From positions 188,914,001 through 188,978,000 of the forward strand of contig OZ024741.1 of NCBI GenBank assembly GCA_964016885.1: a DNA stretch of 64,000 nt, read 5' to 3'. This DNA comes from Eledone cirrhosa (Eukaryota). The translations under genes were made by a program, and so were the position numbers. The first letter of the stretch is position 1, and each line of letters begins with the position of its first letter. Of this stretch, positions 22,366 to 34,069 are shown in pieces. The notes under the pieces are model-generated. The model saw only the letters and a program-made list of their open reading frames with translations, was not told the origin of the DNA and did not search any database.

Positions 22366-22714
22366 TTGAAAGACATCCTAGTACGAACCATCAATGATTT
22401 CGTATCCCTGTTTGAAGAAAACAACTTGAAGCATTTGCCTCTTCTCAAAATGGAACTGACATTTGATGATGAAAAGATGCAATTCTACCCACCGAGTGGT
22501 GACTTAGAAGAGACCTTGGTGTTCGTTGTTGAATCGATATGCGGCACATTGCAGCAGCTGCCTACAGTTAAGTCTTGGCTGGCTGAAACCCATCGCAACA
22601 CAGAAACTATTGATACCAAAGTTGCCGAGCATATAATTCTGAAAGCCAAACATAAACTCCAGTGTGCAGTTGATAGGAATTTCCTCGACCCTGAAAAACA
22701 ACTTCAGGCTTTTG
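22366..22714 (+). CDS. DNAH12: DNAH12-like exon 2 of window
   Basis: Polypyrimidine tract-CAG acceptor and G|gtcagt donor. LKDILVRTINDFVSLF...LPLLKMELTFDDEKMQFYP...DLEE resembles DNAH12 LPIFKIELTFDDDKMEFYP. 349 nt, phase 0 to 1. Confidence 0.92.
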
Positions 22715-24110
22715 GTCAGTGTTCACATATTTTTATATATTCATGTTTAATTTAATTTATTTGAATTTGATTTAATTTTTCACCTATGTTTTAGTCAGAT
22801 GATTTAATGCAGGCCTAGTGATTTGGATTCATGAATGTAAGGATGTGCATTTGATTTGTAAATTGGTGGTACATTGTTGTTGAGTTAAGAATTTCATTTC
22901 ATATTGCTCCAGTCTGATCAGCTGAAGAAATGAGCACGAGTAGTAGATGGGTGTTAATCTTGCAACAGACTGATGTCCTGACTAGGAGGAAAGGAATATC
23001 CTACTCTCAGTCATATACAGCCTTATGAAACAGGGATAAACCACAGCAAAGGAAGACAGACAGCACCTGTGAATCTTTTTTTGGGGCCTTTTAGACTAAT
23101 GGTGGGAAAAGGAAGAAAAGATCACAACCCCATAGGATATTGTTGTAGGAATCAACATACGAAGATATTAAATTATTCTCAGACCAAAGAGCTAGTCTCA
23201 GTTCTTGCAAGGGCCATATGGTGGAGTTGATCAAGACAGTGGAATGGTAAAAACAGTAGATTGTTGGACTGAATGCCTCCTTTTTTTCTTAGTTTAGTCT
23301 AGAGGAAGAAGCCTTCGAAGACCCTCAAAGATGGGTGAAATTAATTGGGTAAACATTCTTCTTAAAAAGTCAGTAGGTGCAGGAAAAGTCTGTTCATAAC
23401 AGTTACAACTGAATCTGTTATTCATAGTAGTTAAATAATTGTTTCTACTTTAGGCACAAGGCCAGCAATTACCCAGTGCATTACTGGTACTTTATTTTAT
23501 CGACCCCGTAAGGATGAAAGGCAAAGTCAACCTCGGCGGGATAGTTAAATAATATATGCAGATATTACATAAGAGGGCACTGTAGCACGTCCTCAGTAGG
23601 TAATGCTCCGCCCCTCAAATGGAAAAGTTTGTTGAAAAAACTCATGAACGTCCAATTCATGCCACCACTAAGTGTAGCAGTTTTCAGTTTCTAGTGTCAC
23701 GTGACCTCTCCTAAAGAGAAGGTCGGTCAAAAACTGACCATTGCGAGGGAACATTATGGCAAGAAATTCAACGACTGAATACAAGCCAAAGCTCCCAATT
23801 AGGCTGATTATGTAAAGAGCAAAGACAAATACATATAAACACATGTATATATATATTGTGAAGGTGCGTGGCTGGGTGGCTAGAGAATTGGATTCATAAT
23901 TATGAGGTTGTGAGTTTGATTCCCAGATGTGTTATGTCCTTGAGCAAGACTCTTTATTTAACGTTGCTCCTTCTGTCTGGATCAACGATTGGAAAGACCA
24001 ATGGAAACATTGTTTCCTCGGTCCGATATGATGGGTTCCACCCCACTCGTTAAGCGAATGAGATCTGGGATCTTGTTGATCGACTATCATATATATATAT
24101 ATATATATAT

Positions 24111-24301
24111 ATAGGAACAAGTAAGACCCCGACGGCTGAGCTGAAGCCGTTTCGACGGCTAATTCTGTACGAATTAGCCGTCGAAACGGCTTGAGCTCAG
24201 CCGTCGGGGTCTTACTTGTTCCTATTACCCACTCTACTACCCTAAGTATTGAGTACTTTGGTGCGTTATGGTCCACCTGGTTCCTTACCACATTTCCTTC
24301 G

Positions 24302-24303
<2 letters not shown>
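24111..24303 (+). repeat. Palindromic short element, copy 2 (115-bp near-perfect palindrome plus tail) between (TA)n tracts
   Basis: 24111-24225 is self-complementary apart from one mismatch and a TGTAC loop. The tail recurs in reverse at 39265-39322. Confidence 0.9.
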
Positions 24304-24343
<40 letters not shown>

Positions 24344-24480
24344 CATACATATATGTATGTATATTATATATATGTATATATTACTATATGTATGTAAAAG
24401 GTAAACAGAAATAACAACACAATTGGTACAGTATATGGAAGGAATATATTAGGTTAACGCTTGAAATAGCAGGAAGAGGG

Positions 24481-24516
24481 TCTTAATGTTTCGGACGCAA
24501 GTCCTTCATCAGAAGA
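24481..24516 (-). ncRNA. Minimal type-I hammerhead ribozyme-like motif
   Basis: Reverse strand reads tctt-CTGATGA-a-GGAC-ttgc-GTCC-GAAA-cATT-aaga. Confidence 0.65.
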
Positions 24517-24878
24517 AAGAATGAGAAATAAGATAGATTGAAGGGACAGGCGGGTTGGAATTGGAAAAAATGTCTTTAGGATAAAAATAACAGGTCCATT
24601 CATGTTGACATCTCTTTGATATATATATATATATATATATAGTATTAATTATACTATTTATGGTTATGTAAATACAAAAACCTTATGCAGTTATATGTAT
24701 TTTTATACAAACCCTAAATAGTGGTAGGCAGTAATGTATTACTACCTTATTACCAGTAAGTTAAGTAGCTCAATGTAAAAACATCAGATGATTTACAGAG
24801 CAGTTATATGAAATATAAGAATCAAAGAACTGTTCAAAACATAATGTTTTGAACAGCTCTTTGATTCTTATATTTCAT

Positions 24879-24950
<72 letters not shown>

Positions 24951-25163
24951 AAGAATGAAGAGTAACATGGTTGGCTGTACAACAAGGGGCTTTATTTCAG
25001 GTATTAACAATTGTTTCATTGATCAGGGGAGTCTAGAGGCCACTAATCGCTCGAAGTTGCGTCACTCGATCTCCATTACATTATTTACCTCTGATCAAAT
25101 CCTCAGAATACAAAAACTGGATTACCTATAACGATAATTTGTTACCGCAAATATATATATATA

Positions 25164-25820
25164 TAAAATATATGGAGAATAGGATTGGCTGTGTAGTTGG
25201 TAGTTAAGTTAGGCTTAAAAATAAAAATGAGAAGAAAGCAAGAATGGGAGTGCGGGGGGGGGGGGGGGGGAGTTTTCCTCATCAGTTGTCTACTGGGGGT
25301 CTCGGATATTTCAACGCTTTAAAGACAATATATCTACCCCCAGTGCGTTCAATAACTGGGTAAGTTATTGGGAAAACAGAGGAGGGAGGGAAGGAAAATA
25401 TAGGATAACAGAAGAGAAAAGGGAAAAAAAGAGAGAAAAGGGAAAAAAAGAGAGAAAAGAAAAAAACAACGAAAAAAAACAGGAAAAAAACCCGAAAAAA
25501 ATGGGAAACAACAAACCAAAGAATGTGCGAGCAACTTGAAGAAAGAAAATCTAAGTCCATGTCGGTGGCTGAACATAAGTTCTAGAACATGTGATCCCAG
25601 CGAGTGTGAGTGAGAAAAGAACTGCTAGAGGGTGAGGCGAGGGAAACAATGAGGTGGCTGACAGAGAGAGGGTGAGTGAAAGGGAGAGAAAGAAAGAGGG
25701 GGGAAGAGTAGATATCAACGAAATAGGTAGGTAGAAGGAGACAGAAGATGGATCACACCGAAACATGATAAAATGTATGGAGAATAGGATTGGCTGTGTA
25801 GTTGCTAGTTAAGGTAGGCT

Positions 25821-25824
<4 letters not shown>
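25164..25824. repeat. Segment bounded by about 56-bp direct repeats (25164-25219 and 25769-25824); probable Penelope-type remnant
   Basis: TGGAGAATAGGATTGGCTGTGTAGTTG occurs at both ends. A degenerate hammerhead-like CAGAAGA-tggatcacacc-GAAACATG lies just before the second copy. Confidence 0.55.
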
Positions 25825-25859
<35 letters not shown>

Positions 25860-26077
25860 AGATCAAAAGATGGTTAAAAGAGTTCCATGTATTTTATTAT
25901 GCACATTTCAAATACATACAAGCTGTCCACAAAGTCACTAGACAATTTTATATATAAACTTGTATAAAATGATCTAGTGACTTTGTGGACACCTTGTATA
26001 TATATATATATAAAGAGAGGGAGAGATACACAGACAGGCACACATACCAATGCACAATATATATATCTTTCCTGTAG

Positions 26078-26169
26078 TGGATGAGTATGGTTATATGGTT
26101 GATGGAACAGCAGCCGCACAAATCCAGACATTCATTAATGAAGGGCGAACTTTTGAAGAATATATGGAA
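26078..26169 (+). CDS. DNAH12: DNAH12-like exon 3 of window
   Basis: cctgtag|...GAA|gtaagt; VDEYGYMVDGTAAAQIQTFINEGRTFEEYME; phase 1 to 0. Confidence 0.92.
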
Positions 26170-28147
26170 GTAAGTTGTAAAAGACAAAACTTTGCCTTAA
26201 TTCGTCTTGCTATCTTCTTCATTAACCTCATATCTTGATCACATTGCTTATATCAAATTCCCCAATCTATACTATAGTAACAGTACAACCATTTTATTCA
26301 TGTGTTTTACACGAATGTTGTGATCTGTCAAAAACATTCTAAATTTTTAAATTGAGAGTTTATGGAATACAGAGTAGGACAAAAAAAGTGAGGGCCTTCT
26401 AAAACATTCTCTGCCAATGGTGTTGTCTATCTGTCTCCACTTTTTCTCTCTCAATTTATCTATGTCTCACTCAGATCAAAATGTAGTATTTGATATGAGC
26501 TTAATATCTTATCTGTTCCTAATATAGGAATTCTGATGCCATAATATAGGAATTCTGATGCCAACTGCTATCAAAATCTGCTACTAAATGATCAAGACAA
26601 TACTATTGGCATCACTTTTAATACAAAAAGGTTAGCCCCCCCCCCCCCCCCCCCATCCTTCACACACACTTTGACAGGTCATTTTGCACCTTAAATGATG
26701 AATATTAATACACCAATACATATGGTATGAAAATAAGCCATAGTTTTATGCTGAATAACATCCTGCCTATGTACTAGTTTGCTATATATATAAATTAACC
26801 TGTGCTAACAATGAAACAATGAAACAGACATTAAACAATTGTTTCTACTTTAGGCATAAGACCAGAAATTACCCCAGTGCATTACTGGTGCTTTACTTTA
26901 TCGACCCCCGTAAGGATGAAAGGCAAAGTTAACTTCGGCGGGAGTTGAACTCAGAACGTAAAGAGACATAACTCTATGCTGCAAAGCATGGTGTCTGACC
27001 CGAAGGGTGGTTTTTCCGCTAGTACTAATAATGTTTGTGGCATTTTAAAATATGGATTTTTTTAAGCACACACATGCACACACACACACACATTATTCTT
27101 TGCCTCTTTCTTTGGTCTTAGGTCTCTTTCACCTTCTTTGGTAGAGAAAAGGATTAAAAAGCTATTTGGTTATATGTCTTTGTGACCTGAGTTCAAATGC
27201 CACCAACGTGAATTTTTCCTTTCATCTTTCCTGAGTTGATAAAATAAAATATCAGCCAAGTACTGGAGTCAATGTATTCGACTGTTCCCCTTACCCCAAA
27301 TTGCTGGTCTAGTATACTAAAATTAGAAACAATCATCATAATCATCATCATTATCATCGTCATCATCATCATCAATAGTAGTGGTAGTGTTAGTAGCAAC
27401 AGTAGTATGTTGTTTTTGTCACTTTTAAATTTGGAATATATTATTTTAAATTCCTAGAAATGAAGCTGAGGATATAATCAATACACTTTTATCACCTGCA
27501 AGGAATGTAAATCTCAATAATATTGATTTTTGGTCAATTTTTGGCTATGAAGTCTCAGACAACAACCGCAAATCAACTGATTCTATAGACTGACACAATA
27601 TTATCCTTGTACTACTGTTTGCTTTGTAATGCAGCACATATTCTTCTGGACAGAATATATGCATAGCTATCTAGTTAAAGAATTTTCTTAACAATTAAAG
27701 GATTCTGGGTTCAGTTCTGCTGTACAACACTTTTGGCATGTGTCTTCTACTATGGCCAATGGAGCTGATTATTATAAACCCAGCCAAAATATAGTTTTAT
27801 TTGAGCAAGTTATGGTGTGGCCAAACATGGCTCACTATGAGCAAGGTATGGTACAGCCAAATGGCCAGACCTTCCTCATAATGAGACTGCCCAGCCCCCA
27901 AAACACGGTCCTGCTATGAGCAAGGTACGTCACAGCCAACTTGCCTAATAAGTGGGATTAGTCTGGTCCACACTGTAAACACGGTTGGTGTTAGGAAGGG
28001 TATCCAACTGTAAAAAACTCAGCCAAAATACAGTTGCATTTCAGCAAGGTATTGTGTGGCCAACTAGCCTGACTTACCTCATAATGTGGACAACCCATCT
28101 AACCATGGAAAAATCGACGTTAAACAATGATGATATATAGATAGATA

Positions 28148-30229
28148 TGTAGTGCTCTCTAGACGGGAAGTAGCTGGAGTTACTTCCCGTTGAGGTTCCA
28201 GAACCTTTTTTGTGACTTCCATCCAGGGAACTATAAAGGAGAGAGCTGAAAGCTATCTCCCTCTCTTTTCACCTTTTGGCTGCTGGCCTTCGGCCAGGCG
28301 CGTTCCGCCGAAGGTATACGGACCGAGTCTTCTGAAATCCTTAATTCATTGTTTCATCTCTCTTGGCATGTCAGCTATTCAGCTCTACTCAGCTCAATCT
28401 TCGTAAATAAATATTGTACATACAACCCAGTGTCCTGTTATAATTGGTGACCCCGAAAAAAAAATAATAGGATTTGGTGTTGTGTGAATATGAAAAAAAA
28501 GAAAAAAATTCCTCTAACAACATTCCACATGAATTTTTTCTCCGAAACTGTCTACAACGAAAAATAGAAGTAATCTTTTTCTCAGCAGCAAACAAACAAA
28601 AAAATTTTTTGCTCCTCACCTCATGTATTTACATCGTTTAAATGTGTTTCACTCACTGGATATATCCTTCATTCTTCTCACAACGAACAGTCAAAAAGAC
28701 TTGGACTCCTGTATTCTTATATTCAACATGTCAATTTTGATGAACATCACAGCTCGTTTACTCATTCAACTAAGCCTTTTTCGCTACTTTTTCATCACTT
28801 TCACAAAAAAAATTGAACTCTCACCATATTTGTTATACAAAGTGAATATAGCCTTTCCTTCTTTTTCATCATATTGTCACGTTCACACAAATTTTTCAAA
28901 ATGGCTGCCAACGACCTGTTCCACTATCATTTTCGTGCCATTTTCTCGCGCAATAGAAATATCTTTTTTTATTCAACTTGACTTTAACCTTGTTTCGGCA
29001 CGTGTGTGGGAGCACACATCTCGACACACTGAGATAACACACGCCATAGATAATGTTTCTTGCCAAGGATTCTCCAGCCTTAAGCGATATTCTCCTATTT
29101 GCCGGTTTAAAAATTTACCACGGAAATTTGCCGTTGAAAACTGCACATTTATTCAGAATGCTTATTCCTATGGTCGCTGGCCTCTTGACTCATCCAAGTC
29201 AACGCGTTCTCAACATCGACCATCAACTTTAGCTGTTATTTCTAGCACTTTGCGCAACTCATCTTTTCTGGGAAACTTTTTACTGTGAATTGAAACAACT
29301 TCGAATAGGCTATCTCACTCCGCGAGACAACAACAACACAGCTTCATCTTTGTTTTATCAACAACCAAAACCAGCAGAACAAAACACAGAGAATTTATTT
29401 TTGCAGCACTCATCCTGTGAGAAAATCCCACCGCCTTCGGAGGTTGGGAATTTCATGTTGTACCACAGTCCAGAAACCACCTGCACACATTCTCTTGGGG
29501 ACACATTCTCTTTCCTGCTGTCATGTGCTTACATACCTGTTAACTTTATTTTTGAACATTTGAACTTTTTTTAATAACTATGTTCGAGCACGTTTCTTTG
29601 CCTTTGACCTCTTCTTTTAGGCTGATTACATTGTATCTTTGTGTGATGGATAGATAGCTGTCCAGTCGTTCTCTGGCCAAGAGCGGTTTTCTACCTTGAT
29701 ATCTATCATTAATTTTTGCATGCTCATTTTGCTATTTGCTTGCTCATGATTTGTTCATTCATGTTCTTGTACCTTTTGCCTTGTTCCTCGTGTTCTCGCT
29801 ACAATGATTTCATTTGGTCATTCGACTTCTCGTCTGGGAGGGGGAGTCTTGTAACGCTCTCTAGACGGAAAGTAGCTGGAGTTACTTCTCGTTGAGGTTC
29901 GAGAACCTTTTTTGTGACTTCCGTCCAGGGAACTATAAAGGAGAGAACTGAAAGCTATCTCACTCTCTTTTCACCTTTTGGCTGGCTGGCCTTTCGGCCA
30001 AGCGCGTTCTGCCGAAGGTATACTCTCTCGCTGCCTGTCTGTGAAAAGGTAAACAACTAACTTTCTTTCGTCGTGAAATCACTAGCCTGGCAACACTTCA
30101 GCCAGTGGACTGTGTCTTCTGAAATCCTTAATTCATTGTTTCATCTCTCTTGGCATGTCAGCTATTCAGCTCTACTCAGCTCAATCTTCGTAAATAAATA
30201 TTGTACATACAACCCAGTGTCCTGTTATA
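28148..30229 (+). mobile_element. Non-autonomous LTR retrotransposon (probably Gypsy-derived), 2.08 kb
   Basis: LTRs at 28148-28442 and 29850-30229; GATA TSD; PBS TGGTGACCCCG (28445-28455, complementary to the tRNA-Trp 3' end); PPT GGGAGGGGGAG before the 3' LTR; no pol motifs. Confidence 0.9.
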
Positions 30230-30656
30230 GATAGATATACATATATATAATAGGGGTGTATATTAAAACATATATAAACATATACTGTATGTTTATATAC
30301 AATAAAAAAATGGGTAGCCTCGCTATCAAAGAAAAATTATTTTTCATAATGAAAAAATTAGATTTTTCTCTATTTTCCTCTGTGAACATATCACAGAGTT
30401 GTCAGTATGGTTGAGAATGCCAGGCAGCACTTTTCAATATCCATTAATATTTCATCAGTGACCTTCACTCAACCAGTATTGACATGAAAATTGACTAGAG
30501 CCTATATAGATTTTGTGTGATGAACATTTGCTGGAGATGCTCATTTGCAAATATAAAACATTAACTGGAAATGCTCATTTGCATATAGTGTGAACTTGGC
30601 CAGTTTTAAATAATTGACACTAGCACTAAGATAGTGTTAAGCATAATAAGGGTATA

Positions 30657-31820
30657 CAAGGTACATAAAAGAAGTTTTAAGAGTTTTATTAGAGAGACAT
30701 TTGACTCAGATTAACATAAAAATAGTCTCCCTCAAAGTAGGATCCTCCAACTTCAATGCACTTGTAGTGCCTCAGCCACTTCTGGAAGGCCCCCTTGTAG
30801 TCCTCCAAAGTGAAGGTCTCCAGTGTGCTTGTCACAGCCTCTTTCATCTCCTCAACATCCTCAAAGCAGGTACCCCTGAGCTTCTTCAGCTTCGAGAACA
30901 ACCAAAAGTGACATGGGGCTAAGTCTGGACAGTAGGAAGGATGAGGAACAGTCTTAATCAACATATCAGCCAAGTAGTTGATCACCAGGATGGATTTGTG
31001 GTAGGGCCATTGTCCTGGTGCAGGTGCCACTGATCAGACTTGAAGAGTTCTGGTCTCTTATGATGACATCTCTTTCTGAACTTCCTCAAAACCTCTACAT
31101 AATACTCTGTTGACTTCCTGGCCATGGGGGGCTCAGTGGATGTATATGATGCCCTTGCTGTCGAAAGATGGGATCATCATGAGCTTCCCAGTGGATTTGC
31201 TTTGCCTGGCCTTCTTGGGTTTTGGGGAATCAGAATATTTCCACTGGTAAATCTGTCTCTTCATTTCTGGATAATAACAGTAGACCCAGCTCTCGTCACA
31301 ACATGCCTCTGCTGTCATCAATGTGCCTCTGCTTTTGATCTTCATTGAGTACCATGTGAACAAACTTTGCACATGTTCAGATCGTAATGAATGACGCTGT
31401 GTACAGTGCCCTCAGCCACTTCAAATTGTTTAGCAATCATCAGAAGAGATGCACGATGGTCCTTGTTCAGAAATTTGTGAATTGTGGCAACCAACTTTCA
31501 CCTCCTGATGTCTCTCTCCCTGCCACACCTCTCGTCATCCCTCACTTGCTCCCTGACCTCCTGAAACCTCTCGTGCCAGCAAAAAAACAGTTGCCTAGCT
31601 CATGAAAGTTATTCCATAAGCAGATTTGACCAGTTCATAGATTTCTTCAGTGTTTTTGCTGAGCTTCACACAAAACCTTATTGCATATTGAGCCTCCAAG
31701 TTGTCCTCATATCCTCACTGTATTGTGGAAGCAGTCACCTGTGACAAGATGTGTATGACAGGTAGTCTTTCAAGTGCTGCAGCGGCCTGAAAAAGTTCGG
31801 AACTTCTTGAGTGTACCTCG
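30657..31820 (-). mobile_element. Decayed mariner transposon with TIRs and TA TSDs
   Basis: PHPSYCPDLAPCHFWLFSKLK and DESWVYCYYPE motifs. TIRs CAAGGTACATAAAAGAAGTT and AACTTCTTGAGTGTACCTCG are flanked by TA. Confidence 0.9.
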
Positions 31821-32866
31821 TACATGAAAGTATATACTATATGTTTATCTACAATACATGTATGAGAACCTTGCTATTAAAAAAAGTACTTTGTTTCTTT
31901 ATTTTGGTTAATGAAGTAAATTCAAAGAGAATTCGGAGAGCCTCACTCTCTCCATGAGGTTATAAGATTTGTATGTAAGAGAATACGAACTTATAACTCC
32001 ACTTACACACTGCATATTACTAGTAAGGAAACAGGCATTGTGTGGATAGTGATAATTGTACACCATATACCATATAACTACATTACATCTCCCCATACAC
32101 TAACTATCTATCCCTTACCTGCTACCTATCTCTCTATCATCTCTATCATGCCCCCACCATATTGACCATATCCATCACCCCACTACATCCCCATACTAAT
32201 CAGCCACACCTACCCATCCACACAAACACGTATAACTTAATACCTATCTCCCTTCCCTATTGCCCACACCCCAGAACTGAGAGGATTCAACAGATTGGTC
32301 TATGACCAACAACCTTTCTAGTGATGGTGCCACAAAATTCCCCCGGTACACTCCGTATGGGTGGTTGGCAACAACACCTCACTATAGAAATCATGCCTAA
32401 AAGGGTTAAGAGGGCCCTTTTGCTGTGTCAAAGACAACAATCTTTCTAGTATTGATGATCTTACATGATAAACACGCCCAGTACACACTGTAAAGTGGTT
32501 TGTGATAGGAAGGACAACCAGCCATAGAAAGATTGCCAAACAAAGGGTTGGGAGGATCCTTTAGTTATGTCTAGGATATGACACCCTCCCCAGTGCTGGT
32601 GATCTACACAACAAAAGCACCCAAAGTGTTTGGTGTTAGGAAGGGCATCCAACTTTACAAAGCTTGCCAAACAAGGGATTAGGAGGATCCTTCAGTTTGT
32701 GTCAAAAGACACCACAACTTCTCTGCAATCGATGTGATGGTATTTAAGTGTGATACGGACTCCTCAGCCTGTCTGGGAGGTCTGTAGCCCTGCTTCAATA
32801 CTGACTTGGTCTATGTAGACCCATCCAACCCTTGCTGGCAGGGAAAGCAAACATTGAACGATATGA

Positions 32867-32907
<41 letters not shown>

Positions 32908-33138
32908 ATATAAATATCAATATATAAATATATTGATTTACTTGTTAACCATTATATATATGTACCATAAATTTGGAATTTATCAAAGTCATATTTGCAT
33001 GAAAGCAACATGAATTAACTCAGTCAATGTGGAATGATATATGAAATGGGTTTGTTGTCTCAGCGTAGCAATTAACTCTTTAACATTTATATTGCTCTGT
33101 CAAATGTCATGCTTATTTATTTACATTATTTTGAGTTT

Positions 33139-33518
33139 TGGCAGTATCGGTGGAGGGTTGGACGCCATGCTTTCTAGCATAGTTCTTTACGGTCTGAGTT
33201 CAAATCCCGCCGAGGTTAACTTTGCCTTTCATCCTTACGGGGTCGATAAAATAAAGTACCAGTAATGTACTGGGTAATTGATGGCCTTGTGCCTAAAGTA
33301 GAAACAATTATTTTGAGTTAATCAAAATTGGCGGTGGATTGGCAGTATCGGTAGAGGGTCGGACGCCATGCTTTCCAGCATAGTTACGTCCCTTTACGAT
33401 CTGAATTCAAATCCCGCTGAAGTTGACTTTGCCTTTCATCCTTACGGGGTTGATAAAATAAAGTACCAGTAATACACTGGGATAATTGCTGGCCTTGTGC
33501 CAAAATTAGAAACAATTA
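33139..33518 (+). mobile_element. Two tandem SINE-A copies
   Basis: Two consecutive family-A units, each bordered by ATTATTTTGAGTT. Confidence 0.85.
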
Positions 33519-34069
33519 TTTTGAGTTAATCATACTCAAGGGGGTCATCAATTATATTTGTAACTTCGTTAATTTTCCAAGTGCAAACTTGAAAGTTTGT
33601 CAGTAGTTGTTTAAATATATATGATTTACAATTATGTATTTTTACCTGATTTTGTTTTGTTAAATTTGACTTTTATGGACAGGTGACATTAATTAACAGG
33701 TATAAAAGAAATAACTTTATGGATAAGCACAAAAACATTATACTTTATGTGTCTTACCTGTTGTTATGTTGTATTACAAAAATTATTCAACAATGACCCA
33801 GATGTTGAGAGCCAACAATTTTTTGCCACTTTTAACAAGCAAGTGAATTAATTAAAATACAGGTATAATCAGTATAAGGTTTTATTCTTTCTTTAAATTT
33901 CTTGGAAATATTTTCATTGAAAATGTACATAACAATATGCCCAATAAAAAAAGCTCATTAACAGGTGTGATACAGGTGGATACAGGTGTGAATATATACA
34001 GAAATCAATACATATTTCTGGTTTTCGCATATAATTTGTGTTAAAATCATAATCTTTTTTAACAGTATA

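Noticed and set aside
23576-23820. GC box and GTCACGTGAC E-box as an internal promoter
   Set aside because: Isolated short motifs; the segment starts with TGTAG and may be a solo-LTR-like relic; no supporting evidence.
25254-25270. Poly-G/C runs (also near 2972, 26636 and 49044) as G-quadruplex elements
   Set aside because: Homopolymers of uncertain assembled length with no functional context.
28623-29288. 221-aa ORF as a host gene
   Set aside because: It lies inside the LTR element and has no recognisable domain.
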